Source: Erysipelotrichaceae bacterium
GTDB lineage: Bacteria; Bacillota_I; Bacilli_A; RFN20; CAG-826
Assembly: GCA_015058945.1 (NCBI GenBank)
Contig: SVBF01000007.1
Coordinates: 2,230 to 66,229, forward strand
DNA: 64,000 nt
Reading direction: 5' to 3'
The notes beneath the pieces are model-generated. The model made no database searches, was not told the DNA's origin, and saw only the letters and a list, made by a program, of their open reading frames with translations. The first letter of the stretch is position 1, and each line of letters starts with the position of its first letter. This document shows positions 45,241-55,214 of this stretch, piece by piece. The position numbers and the translations under genes were made by a program.

Positions 45241-47508
45241 CTACGCAATGTCGATTGAAATGGCAGGGCGAACACTGAAGTACGTGCTGGAGACGGCTTC
45301 GTAGTTGAGGTAGCCATCGAAGCCGACTTCCCACGCATAGTCGGCGGTGTGGTAGCCGCTGTAAGGTGAACGAGTCCAATAATAACCATTGAATTGGTAA
45401 GAGCCATTGTCGTTGTTGTAATATGCACCTCTCGCTCTTGCCCAGTCAGTAGTTCTGCAATATCTAGTATCTGTTTTGCCAGATGAGGTTGAGAATCCAT
45501 AACTGGAGTTGAGATAATCCTGATAACTTGGCAAGAACACTTTGTCTTGGGTGTTATTGCAAGCAAAGGGGTTAGTGCTTGTGTTTGTCGTGGAGGCGCT
45601 ATTATCGACTGTGGTTGTTTGAATATGACTATCGCCTAACGCAAATGCCAAATTATAGAAATCTTTATTTAAGAATGATCTAATTTCCGAATTTTCATAA
45701 TTATTTGAATTATGATCAAAATTATCATCATATCTTTGATATCTATGAGCATCTAATAAAACGCTCGAAAGGATGTAATATTCATCATCGTTATCTGAAA
45801 GGACCTTCCAAGTGATAGGTTCGCATTTGAACCAATAAGTGGTTCCGTTTACGATCGTTGTTCCGTTATCAAATATATAGCTCGAATCATATGGTGTCGC
45901 ACTTAATTTTGCATAGTATTCATCCTCGTATAGATACCATCCATTAGACTCTGAAGTAGTTAATGCATCGAGGGCAGAAACCAGAGTTGAATCATTAACG
46001 TTCTTTTGCGGGTATAAGCCATATGTTATGGTTTTGCCATCTCCAGATAGGATTGGTCTGGTTCCATATTTGATGGCGCGTGCTTCTTCTTCCTCTTTTG
46101 TAATGAAATGAGCCACCAACGAATAATCATTTGTCGGCATGGTAAATGTATATGGATTGGAGTTGCTGACAAATTCATCTTCGCTATACCATCCGTCAAA
46201 AACATTCGTGCCAATCGGATTGGCAGTGACAGTTATTTCTTCCATATAATATCCGCCACCATTAACGGCGACTGTGCCTTTGTCTTCATCGTCGCTAGTA
46301 ACTGACAAGTCATATTTAGTTTCCGTCCAATTCGCAGTTAAAGTCATATCTTCGGTCACTGAGTGACCAACAAATGACCAGACTTCTCCTTGATAAGACC
46401 AATTTAAGAAATCGTAACCGAATCTAGTTGGATCAGTGGGTTTAGCAACCTTCTCACCATGTTTAATAGTTTGAGAATCGTAAGTTTGGTCACCACCATT
46501 GGAGTCAAAAGCGACAGTGTGATAAACGACATCTACATCCGCACCTTTAATATTGCCTTTTAAAACCCATGATCCATTTTCTTTAACGTAATAATCCCAA
46601 TTAGATAAATTGATATAAGAATCACCATCTTTTCCGAGTTCACTAGAAGGGGCACCATTACCAGTTAACATTGATGTGCCATCTTCTCCAGCATCACCTT
46701 TTTCACCTTTTTCGCCCACTAAAGAAGCAAGCCATTCTGCTAAAGTGCCTTCAAAGCCACTATCAACTGCCAAGTCATAAGCGGATTTACCATCACTGCC
46801 ATCTGCTCCATCAGTACCTGGTTCACCAATTAAGGATAATAACCATTCTTCTAAGCTACCTTCGAAACCGTTTTCTAAGGCTAATTCGTATGCTGATTTA
46901 CCATTAACGCCATCTTCGCCAGCTTCCCCAATTAAAGAAGCAAGCCACTCTTCTAGGGTGCCTTGGTAGCCATTTTCAACCGCAAGTTCATATGCTGATT
47001 TGCCGTTAGCGCCATCTTTGCCAGCTTCTCCAATTAAAGCAGCAAGCCACTCTTCCAGGGTGCCTTGGTAGCCTTTTTCGACTGCAAGTTCATATGCTGA
47101 TTTGCCGTTAGCTCCGTCTACACCATCGGCACCATCTTTACCAGCAGGTCCTTGTTCTCCGGTATCTCCTTTATCGCCTTTATCTCCCTTGTCGCCTTGG
47201 GTACCATCTTGACCATCTTCACCGTCAGAGCCTTTGATGTTTCCTTTTAAAACCCATGTTCCATTTTCTTTCGCATAGTAATTCCATGTATCCAAATCAA
47301 TATATGAATCACCATCTTTGCCCAAAGAAGCGGCTGGCTCACCATTGCCTGTCAAAACCGATGTTCCGTCTTTTCCGTCTTGCCCATTTTGCCCAGGAAC
47401 CCCTTGCTCTTCTTGAGGGCCTTGTGGGACAGTATCACCTTTAGTCCCACAGGCGGTTAGAGAGAACGCTAGCATTCCGATGAACGGCAACATAAATCTC
47501 TTTTTCAT
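45241..47508 (-). CDS. surface lipoprotein with collagen-like G-x-y triplets, four ~33-aa repeats, a Listeria-Bacteroides-type repeat and a C-terminal domain
   Basis: Lipobox SLTACG, GQDGKDGTS.../GDKGDKGDKGDTGEQGPAGKDG runs, and 4x GKSAYELAVENGYQGTLEEWLASLIGEAG. A GYDFLNWSYQGEVW repeat is present. The C-terminal half is AT-rich. Confidence 0.7.
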   Translation of the reverse strand: MKKRFMLPFIGMLAFSLTACGTKGDTVPQGPQEEQGVPGQNGQDGKDGTSVLTGNGEPAASLGKDGDSYIDLDTWNYYAKENGTWVLKGNIKGSDGEDGQDGTQGDKGDKGDKGDTGEQGPAGKDGADGVDGANGKSAYELAVEKGYQGTLEEWLAALIGEAGKDGANGKSAYELAVENGYQGTLEEWLASLIGEAGEDGVNGKSAYELALENGFEGSLEEWLLSLIGEPGTDGADGSDGKSAYDLAVDSGFEGTLAEWLASLVGEKGEKGDAGEDGTSMLTGNGAPSSELGKDGDSYINLSNWDYYVKENGSWVLKGNIKGADVDVVYHTVAFDSNGGDQTYDSQTIKHGEKVAKPTDPTRFGYDFLNWSYQGEVWSFVGHSVTEDMTLTANWTETKYDLSVTSDDEDKGTVAVNGGGYYMEEITVTANPIGTNVFDGWYSEDEFVSNSNPYTFTMPTNDYSLVAHFITKEEEEARAIKYGTRPILSGDGKTITYGLYPQKNVNDSTLVSALDALTTSESNGWYLYEDEYYAKLSATPYDSSYIFDNGTTIVNGTTYWFKCEPITWKVLSDNDDEYYILSSVLLDAHRYQRYDDNFDHNSNNYENSEIRSFLNKDFYNLAFALGDSHIQTTTVDNSASTTNTSTNPFACNNTQDKVFLPSYQDYLNSSYGFSTSSGKTDTRYCRTTDWARARGAYYNNDNGSYQFNGYYWTRSPYSGYHTADYAWEVGFDGYLNYEAVSSTYFSVRPAISIDIA
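46720..47120. repeat. four tandem ~99-nt near-identical repeats inside the collagen-like lipoprotein gene
   Basis: DNA units encode GKSAYELA(V/L)E(N/K)G(Y/F)(Q/E)G(T/S)LEEWL..LIGE.G.DG.N; adjacent units are nearly identical at nucleotide level. Confidence 0.6.
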
Positions 47509-47854
47509 AGCTGTTTCCTTCTTTTTTCCGACAAATACTTTTATCTTATTTTCAATAAAAAAACTATTGTTTTAGATGTCACCAGTCGGTCAATGATAAG
47601 ACTAATCTATCTATGCGCTTTTGAAGAATAAACAAAAGTTCGCCATTTCCAAGGACATCGTCATTTTTGTCTTAGTACTTTGTATTGGTCACTTTCTATG
47701 ACAAATAACAAGGATCGTTTCTCATTGATTATCGATTCCAAACTAAGTTATTTACCTACCGGTATGCTGCGCGAACCTTACGAGCAAACTATCTGCAAAG
47801 AAGGCCGTTTTTGCAACACTTTTGCTGCAATGTAATGGTTCCAAACCGAAAAAA

Positions 47855-48763
47855 CTAAGAATATGAGGCAACGCAGAGGATAAACGCCACGGCGCAAAGC
47901 ACGAGAATGAAGGACGAGGAGAGGTAGCAGGCGAAGAAGAGGAAGCTTACGCTGAAGCCGCCCTTGAACATTGCGGCATTAAATGCGGCGATGCCCCCAA
48001 AAAGAACCACAATTATCATGAGCGTTACAAATAGTGGTAAGAATGCTTTGAGCGGTTTCTTCCATCCGCCGAAATCAAAACTTGGGCTAAGGTAAAAGAA
48101 GACCGCAAACTGCCGGGCACCGAAAAGGTAACAAATAAATGACATCAGACAATCTAGCCATATTAGTCCAAAAACATAATGAAACGTAAACCCCAAAGAA
48201 GTCACAATCGCTCCGGCTACAAGGATCGCGATATGTCGACGATACTTAATGATATCGCGGTGCAATTGTATGACACCCGAATGGAGGGATTCACGAAACG
48301 TAGGCCCCGTCACTTGCAGGGGTATGCCCGTCCAATCAGATATTTTATTTGCATTTGCGCGGCTCATTCGAAGTTTACGCGTCTTATTCTCACCGTAAGC
48401 GATTGTTAGGTTGTTGGACATCGCGGAACGGGCGAACGTAATCTCATGGATATCATCGATGGGGATATTGAAATTCCTTTTTCTTTTTCCAATCCAGCGC
48501 ATTCGGCCGTCTTCCACGATGAGGTAATTCTTTTGTTTCCAAATATCCTTGTAGAAAAGATAGACGCCTAAGGCAGTCACTGCGGCGGCACTTGCGGTGG
48601 AGACGATAACATAAACCCACCAAGAATCGGGTCTCCACACCAGTAAAATCGACAGGACGAAGATGCCCACAAAGGAGTATAGAAGCGTGAAAAGACCGAA
48701 AGCGAATGCCCCATTGAAGCCAATCTTTTGAGAAGAGACCGCGATTTTCTTGCCTTCGCCCAT
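47855..48763 (-). CDS. membrane protein with cytoplasmic PH-like region, unknown function
   Basis: TM helices at the N-terminus and in the middle. The start is set at the first ATG (the track start is TTG). Confidence 0.45.
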   Translation of the reverse strand: MGEGKKIAVSSQKIGFNGAFAFGLFTLLYSFVGIFVLSILLVWRPDSWWVYVIVSTASAAAVTALGVYLFYKDIWKQKNYLIVEDGRMRWIGKRKRNFNIPIDDIHEITFARSAMSNNLTIAYGENKTRKLRMSRANANKISDWTGIPLQVTGPTFRESLHSGVIQLHRDIIKYRRHIAILVAGAIVTSLGFTFHYVFGLIWLDCLMSFICYLFGARQFAVFFYLSPSFDFGGWKKPLKAFLPLFVTLMIIVVLFGGIAAFNAAMFKGGFSVSFLFFACYLSSSFILVLCAVAFILCVASYS

Positions 48764-48998
48764 CAAAACTTGTGCCTTAGAACTTCTTCATTTCCCAATC
48801 TTAATTCCATGGTTTGCCCTACGCAATGGCTTAAGCCATATAGGCAAAGCAAAAAAGGCCCATCCCTATGGAGGAATACCATAAGATGGGTCTTCATTCA
48901 CAACTAGACGCTTTTCCTAACAAGCTGGGTTTCCCGCGAAGACTAGTTATTATCAACGGATTGCACCAAATCGGGCTAGGACACCGTTAGATTCAAAT

Positions 48999-49072
48999 TG
49001 GCAGGGGTGGAAGGAATCGAACCCTCATCAAAGGTTTTGGAGACCTCTGTTCTGCCATTGAACCACACCCCT
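48999..49072 (-). tRNA. tRNA-Trp (anticodon CCA), CCA encoded
   Basis: AGGGGTGTGGTTCAATGGCAGAACAGAGGTCTCCAAAACCTTTGATGAGGGTTCGATTCCTTCCACCCCTGCCA. Anticodon loop CU-CCA-AA; close to Firmicutes tRNA-Trp. Confidence 0.8.
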
Positions 49073-49160
49073 ATGCGGTCAATGCGCAACACCTTCTATA
49101 TAAGGTGAGGCATCGGCGAGCAAAATTATAGGCTCGCCCTAAGACCAAAGCAAATGTTTC

Positions 49161-49577
49161 TTATTGCCCGCGGACGATCTTGGAAACGAGCCCCATGTCG
49201 GCCTTGCCATCGTAATTGGCTTTGAAATGGCGCATGACCGAAGGGATGGACTTGTCCTCGAGCGAATCGATGACCGCGCGGATCTCCGCTTCGCTCATGA
49301 GCTTCGGCAAAAAGACGGAAACGGCCTCGATTTGGCGGGTGAGCGAGGCGGCGGATTCGCTTCTTCCCGCCGCGACGTACCCCTGCTTCTCCTCCTCGAG
49401 TTCCTTGGAGAACTTGATGAGGATCTGCACGACGTCCTTATCCGTCGGAGTCTCGTTTTTTCCCGAGGTGAGCAGCGCCTGGTAACGGCTCACGACCATC
49501 GAATAGGCGGCACGGGCGTCGCCATCATGGTCCTTCATTGCCTGCAAAGAGGCTTTCTTGATGTCATCAATCAACAT
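49161..49577 (-). CDS. GatB/YqeY domain protein
   Basis: 138 aa with the YqeY pattern (LKDHDGDARAAYSMVVSRYQ...KSIPSVMRHFKANYDGKADMGLVSKIV); RBS GAAGGAG. Confidence 0.7.
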   Translation of the reverse strand: MLIDDIKKASLQAMKDHDGDARAAYSMVVSRYQALLTSGKNETPTDKDVVQILIKFSKELEEEKQGYVAAGRSESAASLTRQIEAVSVFLPKLMSEAEIRAVIDSLEDKSIPSVMRHFKANYDGKADMGLVSKIVRGQ

Positions 49578-49581
49578 ATGG

Positions 49582-51297
49582 TCATTCTCCTTCTTCCATC
49601 ATCTTGAGGGCTTCCGCTTCGCGCTTAGCGCGCTGACGAAGGCCGCGTTTATAGTGGATTTCCGCGTGGACGTTAGCCACGGCATAAGCCGCGGGCAAAA
49701 TCTCGAGTCGGCCGAGCAACATGCCGATCGACATCGCCCACAAGGTGACGAAACTCGCCACGGAATGGGATGAGACGTAAGCCGGTCCAATCACCCAGGA
49801 AAGGCCGGTGTTCGAAACCGCGCTCGCCATGTCGAAGGCCGCGGATTCGAGATCATAATGGGCAGGGTCAACGAAAAGCAGCACCAAAGTCAAGACCATG
49901 AACATCCCAAAGAACAGGAAGATGTAATGATGGGCCTCGTGGATAGTGCCCTCGTCGAGTTCCTTGGTCTCACCATAACGCGTGATGACGCGCGGGTAAC
50001 GTTCGTGGATGGAGGCGAAGCGGTAACGCAAGCTGTAATAAAGGCTGCGGATCGCGACCACGATGCGGTATTGCTTGATACCACCGGCGGAGCTGCCCGC
50101 GCCGCCGCCGATCAACATGAGGATGATCAATAGGACCGTGAACGTATGGCCGGCATAGATCGCGCTGCCGCCGGGGATGATGTGATAAGGGAACGACGAG
50201 GTCGTCGAGGCGAAGCCGGAGTTCGTCCAACATCCGAAGGTGTAGAACACGCTAAAGCGGAGGACTTCGCCCGAATCGTTGAAGAAACCACCCGCGTGCA
50301 ACGCCGAGGTCGAGAAGAGCACGGCGAAGAAGGCGATCAAAAGGAACAAAGCCTCACAGCAAGCGATGTACCGGATTTCCGCGTCGCGGAAGAAGTCCTT
50401 GAATTTGCCGCGCAGCAAAAACGTGTGGAGCATGAAGGAGATCGCCGAGAGACAGACCAGCACCACCATGATGAGTTCGATCGCCAGCGAATTCACCGGC
50501 ACGATCGCGCCGGCGAGCTTGAGCCCTTCGAGGGAACGGAACGCGGCAACGTTTTCCGCGCGGGGCGAGAACCCACCGCCGGAAAGGGCCGCCATCGAAT
50601 GGCAGATCGCGTCGAAGATCGGCATGCCCGCCAAAAGCAACGCCACGATACCGATTAATGTGTAAAAGGAGTAAATCCCGAAGATCAGCTTCGCGGAACG
50701 GGCGATGTTGGGCAAAAGGCGGTCCGAATGCCCTTCAGAGACGTAGAGGGCGACGCCACCGCCACCCGCGCCAAGCACGGAGGCTACCAGCAAAACAAGA
50801 CCGACGCCGCCGATGAAATTCATTAGCGCGCGGTGGAAGGTAAAGACATGGGGACAAAAGGCTCCCGGGGTATCGATGAATTCCTCAAACACGGTCAAGC
50901 CCGTGGTGGAGAATCCCGAGGTCGCTTCGAAGAAAGCGCCCGAGAAGGTCATGTTGATCTCGCCGAGAAGATGGGCGATGAAAAAGGGCGCCGCGCCGGA
51001 AAGGATCGCGCATAACCAGGTCAAAATCAAAAGCATCGACTCCTGATGCCGACGGAACCTGCTGCGCTTTTTCTTATAGATAAGAAGGAAATAGAGCAGG
51101 AAGCCGACGATCAGGTTCGAGGCGACGACCGAGGCGAAGATCGGAAGGGCGCTATACTCGTCGCGATAAAAAGCCACGACGATCATCGGGAAGGCGTTGA
51201 TGATGCCGATGAGCACCATGAACATGCCAAGGTAGCCCAAAACAAGGCGAAAACCTGTGACTTCTTTTTCTTGATGCGATGCGATTTCTTCGGTCAT
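49582..51297 (-). CDS. trkH: TrkH/KtrB family potassium uptake membrane protein
   Basis: Selectivity-filter-like SGFSTTGL and GGGAGSSAGGIK motifs; 571 aa. Confidence 0.85.
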   Translation of the reverse strand: MTEEIASHQEKEVTGFRLVLGYLGMFMVLIGIINAFPMIVVAFYRDEYSALPIFASVVASNLIVGFLLYFLLIYKKKRSRFRRHQESMLLILTWLCAILSGAAPFFIAHLLGEINMTFSGAFFEATSGFSTTGLTVFEEFIDTPGAFCPHVFTFHRALMNFIGGVGLVLLVASVLGAGGGGVALYVSEGHSDRLLPNIARSAKLIFGIYSFYTLIGIVALLLAGMPIFDAICHSMAALSGGGFSPRAENVAAFRSLEGLKLAGAIVPVNSLAIELIMVVLVCLSAISFMLHTFLLRGKFKDFFRDAEIRYIACCEALFLLIAFFAVLFSTSALHAGGFFNDSGEVLRFSVFYTFGCWTNSGFASTTSSFPYHIIPGGSAIYAGHTFTVLLIILMLIGGGAGSSAGGIKQYRIVVAIRSLYYSLRYRFASIHERYPRVITRYGETKELDEGTIHEAHHYIFLFFGMFMVLTLVLLFVDPAHYDLESAAFDMASAVSNTGLSWVIGPAYVSSHSVASFVTLWAMSIGMLLGRLEILPAAYAVANVHAEIHYKRGLRQRAKREAEALKMMEEGE

Positions 51298-51309
51298 GCG
51301 AATGCCTTT

Positions 51310-52233
51310 TTACTTTTTCTTCGCGACGGGCTTTTCGGGTTTGGCGGGCTTCTTTTTCGGCGCGGGGGCCGGACGGGCGGGTTTAGGTTCCGACGCTTTG
51401 GGCGCGCGAACCGGTTTGGGTTCCATCTTCGGCTCGGGCTTTGGTTTGGGTTCCGGCTTCGGCTCGGGCTTTGGTTCGGGTTTAGGTTCCGGCTTCGGCT
51501 CGGGTTTAGGTTCCGGCTTCGGTTCGGAGGCGGATTTGCCCACGGTGCCAATGATGGACTTTAAGGGAGCGGTGCGCTCCGTCTCAACGTATTTGAGCAG
51601 CGCCTTCGCGTTATTGGGGGCCGTGACCATGACCAAGGTATCCTTCGGCTCAATGACGATGGAGCCACTCGGGATGATGATTTGGTAGTTGCGGTAGATG
51701 GCCGCGATGGAGGCGTATTTCGGGAAGCGGATGTCCTTGATGGGGCGATAGCAGATCGCGTATTTGGTGAGGACGACCTTCTCGATGACGGTGACGCGGT
51801 TATCGTCGAGCGAAAGCGTCTTGGTCAAGGACTCGACCGAGGATTCGCTCATGATGGATTGGCTCAAGAGATAAGTGGACGAAATGACGGCGTCGAGGCC
51901 GAGTTTCTTGAAGTTGTCGACGTTGGCGGGGTTATCGACGACGCAGATGGTCTTCTTCGCGTTGAACATGCGCTTGGCCATGAGGCAGGTCGCATAGTTA
52001 TCGGTGTCGCGTTCGCATAGCGAAATGAAGACGTCAGCGTCGAAGGCGTCGGCCTGTTGCAACGTGATGCGGCTCCAAGGCTCGCCGTGATAGACCTTCA
52101 CAAAACAGGCCTTTTTCAGACGTTCGGCGACATGGAAGGAAGGATTGATGACGACGAGTTCGTTCTTCTTGTCCTTGAAGCTCTTGATGATGTATTCGGC
52201 TTTGGAGTCGCCGCCGGCGATGACGATTTTCAT
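51310..52233 (-). CDS. trkA: TrkA/KtrA-like RCK protein (TrkA-N + RCK_C) with Pro/Lys-rich (EPKP)n C-terminal tail
   Basis: N-terminal Rossmann-like IVIAGGDSKAEY, an RCK_C-like segment (RVTVIEKVVL...IVIEPKDTLVMV), then SEPKPEPKPEPKP...KKKPAKPEKPVAKKK. Confidence 0.65.
   Translation of the reverse strand: MKIVIAGGDSKAEYIIKSFKDKKNELVVINPSFHVAERLKKACFVKVYHGEPWSRITLQQADAFDADVFISLCERDTDNYATCLMAKRMFNAKKTICVVDNPANVDNFKKLGLDAVISSTYLLSQSIMSESSVESLTKTLSLDDNRVTVIEKVVLTKYAICYRPIKDIRFPKYASIAAIYRNYQIIIPSGSIVIEPKDTLVMVTAPNNAKALLKYVETERTAPLKSIIGTVGKSASEPKPEPKPEPKPEPKPEPKPEPKPEPKPKPEPKMEPKPVRAPKASEPKPARPAPAPKKKPAKPEKPVAKKK
51416..51530. repeat. tandem 12-nt repeat encoding (EPKP)n
   Basis: GGTTTGGGTTCCGGCTTCGGCTCGGGCTTTGG units repeated about 9x on the plus strand. 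Confidence 0.55.
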
Positions 52234-52646
52234 TCTTCGTTGCCTCCGTGGCGTAGCAAGCTCAAACGATCGCGGGTCAACTGGAATGGGTAAACCGGCT
52301 TGATGTTGCTCTGACTCTGGACGAGGATGCCTAACGCGGGGTCGTCGAAACGGACGTAGACATACGGGATTTCGAACAAGATGGCGCAGGCATGGGCCAA
52401 GAAGAGCGAGAGGTTATCGTTGCCCGTGGTGATGTAGGCTTCGTTGGAGTTCTCGATCCCCAGGGCCTTCAAGGCGTCGAGGTCGCTCGCGTCGGCGACT
52501 TTCGGATCGCCGCTGAAATCGTCGTCGAGCAAGGCGAAAGAAGAGGGGTCCGCGTCGATGACGATGACCTCAAGGCCGCGGCGGGAGCAGTCGTTGGCAA
52601 TGCTCGCGCCGAGCTTGCCACATCCAATCACATAGGTTCTTTTCAT
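52230..52646 (-). CDS. TrkA-N (NAD-binding RCK N-terminal) domain protein
   Basis: GxGxxG YVIGCGKLG Rossmann fold; 138 aa; 4-nt overlap with the downstream trkA-like gene. Confidence 0.6.
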   Translation of the reverse strand: MKRTYVIGCGKLGASIANDCSRRGLEVIVIDADPSSFALLDDDFSGDPKVADASDLDALKALGIENSNEAYITTGNDNLSLFLAHACAILFEIPYVYVRFDDPALGILVQSQSNIKPVYPFQLTRDRLSLLRHGGNEE

Positions 52647-53284
52647 GATTTGTCCACCTGCAAAGACTTCGGCATTATAAACTCCTTCGCGTCCTTGGGC
52701 AACGCACCCTCACACGCCATCACGTCAAAAACGCGCACACGGTCGAACTTTTGGGTAATTTCTTCATAGGCACGTTTGGTGTCTTTTTTCTTTAATCCGG
52801 CCCATCCTAGCCCCGCGAAACGCCTTAAGCAGAAGGCGACGTATTCCCTGGTGACGTCGGAAAGATAGTAATGGCCCTGCCGCTTCATGAAATAGTCATA
52901 GACTTTCTCGCCGGAGAATCCTTTGGGGTCATAGCAATAGGAAGCCGAGAGCATGTCGCAGACGTATTCGGTCGCGTAGACATAGGGCATCGCCATCGCG
53001 ACGATGTGGCCCTGGAAGAAGTCGGTCCAGTATTCCCAATGGTGTTTGTTCCGCCGCGTATGGTGTTGGCAGATATAGGAGAAATAATCGTTTTGCAGAC
53101 GTTCCTCGAACACGGGGGAATGGGTGCCGTTATAGTGCTTCACGGAGCGGAAGAATTCCTTGGGCCCGTACTTGCTTAAATCATGGAAAAGGCAATGGAA
53201 GCCGATGCCGCAATGGCAGCCGTTAAGGAAGACGTGGAAGCGGTGACGGTTCACCAAACCCCAATGACGGAAAAAGGCGCTCAT
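52643..53284 (-). CDS. hypothetical His-rich protein (213 aa)
   Basis: HDLSKY, HHTRRNKHHWEYW and several H/C pairs suggest a metal site; no family assigned. RBS GGAGGAAAT. Confidence 0.45.
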   Translation of the reverse strand: MSAFFRHWGLVNRHRFHVFLNGCHCGIGFHCLFHDLSKYGPKEFFRSVKHYNGTHSPVFEERLQNDYFSYICQHHTRRNKHHWEYWTDFFQGHIVAMAMPYVYATEYVCDMLSASYCYDPKGFSGEKVYDYFMKRQGHYYLSDVTREYVAFCLRRFAGLGWAGLKKKDTKRAYEEITQKFDRVRVFDVMACEGALPKDAKEFIMPKSLQVDKS

Positions 53285-54009
53285 TTGAGGATTTCCTCCA
53301 GCGTTTTTCCTATATCTTCCCGCAAAACCACGTCGAATTCGTCGTCGAGCGGGGTGGGCTGCGCGTTGATTAAAACGCTCAAGGAACCGCGGAAATACCG
53401 GGGGAAGGCGGCAAAGGGATAGACCGTCAACGAGGTGCCGCCGACGATCATCACCTGCGCCCGTTCCACCGCCGCAAGCCCTTCGTAGACGGCGCGCTCA
53501 GGCAAGCCTTCGCCATAGAGGACGACGTCCGGTTTGATGAGCCCGCCGCAATGGGGGCAGACCGGGACGCCTTCCGGGCGAAGGTCGTCCAAGAGAAAAG
53601 CGTGGTCGCATTTCATGCAATGGTAATGGAGCACCGACCCATGGATCTCATGGACGTGGGTGGAACCGGCCTTTTGATGAAGGCCGTCGATGTTTTGGGT
53701 GAGGATGTCCAACGTATGGTTCTTCTCATATTCCGCCAAGGCGAGGTGGGCCTTATTCGGCTTGGCCTCGAGGTTCACCATGTATTTCCAATAGAAGTCA
53801 TAGAAACCCTTGGGGTCGGACATGAAATAATCGTGGGACAACAGGTCCTCATACCTCATCCCGTCCGCCCGCTTTTGGGAGTAAAGCCCGTTAGGGGAAC
53901 GGAAATCGGGGATGCCGCTAGCCACGCTAACGCCAGCCCCGCCGAGGAAAACGACGCGCGAGGAAGAGGCGATCGCCGCGCGGATTTTTTCTTTCGTCGC
54001 CGAATTCAT
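53281..54009 (-). CDS. cobB: NAD-dependent protein deacylase (Sir2/CobB family)
   Basis: GAGVSVASGIPDFRSPNGLY, a zinc ribbon CxxC...CxxC (CMKC...CPHCGG), and catalytic HG. Confidence 0.85.
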   Translation of the reverse strand: MNSATKEKIRAAIASSSRVVFLGGAGVSVASGIPDFRSPNGLYSQKRADGMRYEDLLSHDYFMSDPKGFYDFYWKYMVNLEAKPNKAHLALAEYEKNHTLDILTQNIDGLHQKAGSTHVHEIHGSVLHYHCMKCDHAFLLDDLRPEGVPVCPHCGGLIKPDVVLYGEGLPERAVYEGLAAVERAQVMIVGGTSLTVYPFAAFPRYFRGSLSVLINAQPTPLDDEFDVVLREDIGKTLEEILK

Positions 54010-54111
54010 CTTTGCTATTATCGCACCTCCACATTAATGTGGAAGGCGAAATCGACACTTCTTTCCCACTTGGGCAAAAAGTGGAAAAACGCGTACGTCC
54101 TCATTACACTT

Positions 54112-54885
54112 ATGGGCATGGATACCACTTTGCCCGCGAGGATTTCCTCCATTGTCACCGGCGTTTGCCACCGCGGCCTTCATGACCTCGACAAACCCGA
54201 GAATTCCCAGGCGGCCTTCCGTGCCGCGATCGAAGCCCATTTGCCGTTTGAATGCGACGTCCATCTCACCAAAGACGGCCGCATCCTCGTCTGCCATGAC
54301 TCCGACCTCACCCGCATGTGCCATAAGCCCGGCATCATCGAGGAACTCACCTTCGACGAAATCCGCGAGGGCTATTCCCTCCCCGACGGCTCGAAACTCA
54401 TGGAGTTCTCGGAACTATTGGACCTAAACCACGGCCAAGTCCCCATGGTGATCGAGCTTAAGGCCTATGGGAATAACGCCGCCTCCTTGGCCCAAGCGGT
54501 CATTCCTCTGGTCAACGCCATGCCTAACGTCGGCCAATGCTATGTCATCTCCTTCTCCGCCGATGCGCTTCGCGAAGCGAGAAAACATAACTGCGTCCCG
54601 CCCGTAGGTTTCCTCGTCGGGACCGAGGCGGTGAAACACGCGAGCAAGGAATTGCTTGAGGAATTCGATTTCCTCGACGTCGAGGTGCATTATTCCCTCC
54701 TCCCCCGCTTCCGCCGCTACCGCAAAAAAGGCGGCGCGCTCATGTGCTGGACGGTGAAGAACAAATTGACCTACCGCATCGGGAAGAGGCGCTGCCATTG
54801 CCTCACCTGGGAAAAGGTCGACTCGAGCAAAGAGAAAAACGAGGTCAACCGCTTCATCGAAAAGAAGCTCGATCCCCGTTATTGA
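54112..54885 (+). CDS. glycerophosphodiester phosphodiesterase family protein
   Basis: GDPD motifs HRG...ENS and ECDVHLTKDGRILVCHD. Start set at ATG 54112; the track ORF runs antisense through cobB. Confidence 0.7.
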   Translation: MGMDTTLPARISSIVTGVCHRGLHDLDKPENSQAAFRAAIEAHLPFECDVHLTKDGRILVCHDSDLTRMCHKPGIIEELTFDEIREGYSLPDGSKLMEFSELLDLNHGQVPMVIELKAYGNNAASLAQAVIPLVNAMPNVGQCYVISFSADALREARKHNCVPPVGFLVGTEAVKHASKELLEEFDFLDVEVHYSLLPRFRRYRKKGGALMCWTVKNKLTYRIGKRRCHCLTWEKVDSSKEKNEVNRFIEKKLDPRY

Positions 54886-55214
54886 CGGCGCAAGATCCGC
54901 AAGCCGAAAAGGTCCTTCAACAGGATCTTTTTCTCTCCCACGAGGAGATATCCCTCGTCATAGACGAGTTTTGTCTCGCCTTCGACGAAGTAATAATGTC
55001 CGGTCTCGAAATAGCGCGCCTGACAATATTCCCCTCCGACTAGACTTGAAAGGTTGGCGGAGATGACCTTGGCCTCCTCTTCGTCTAGCGTCCCCTTTTG
55101 CACCGCCTCAACCTCATATTCTTTGATCTTGAGCGCCTGACGAAGCCCTTTGACCGCGTCAAAAGGAAGGAAAATCTTCGCCCGCATCAATAACGGCATC
55201 TTCTCGCGCATCAT
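54879..55214 (-). CDS. YolD-like protein (accessory to Y-family polymerase)
   Basis: 111 aa, directly downstream of and overlapping the Y-family polymerase gene, as in yqjW-yqzH/uvrX-yolD pairs. Confidence 0.55.
   Translation of the reverse strand: MMREKMPLLMRAKIFLPFDAVKGLRQALKIKEYEVEAVQKGTLDEEEAKVISANLSSLVGGEYCQARYFETGHYYFVEGETKLVYDEGYLLVGEKKILLKDLFGLRILRRQ

Noticed and set aside
53551-54111. 5' 187 codons of the track ORF 53551-54885
   Set aside because: This part runs antisense through the sirtuin gene. The GDPD homology begins at the ATG at 54112, so only 54112-54885 is called.
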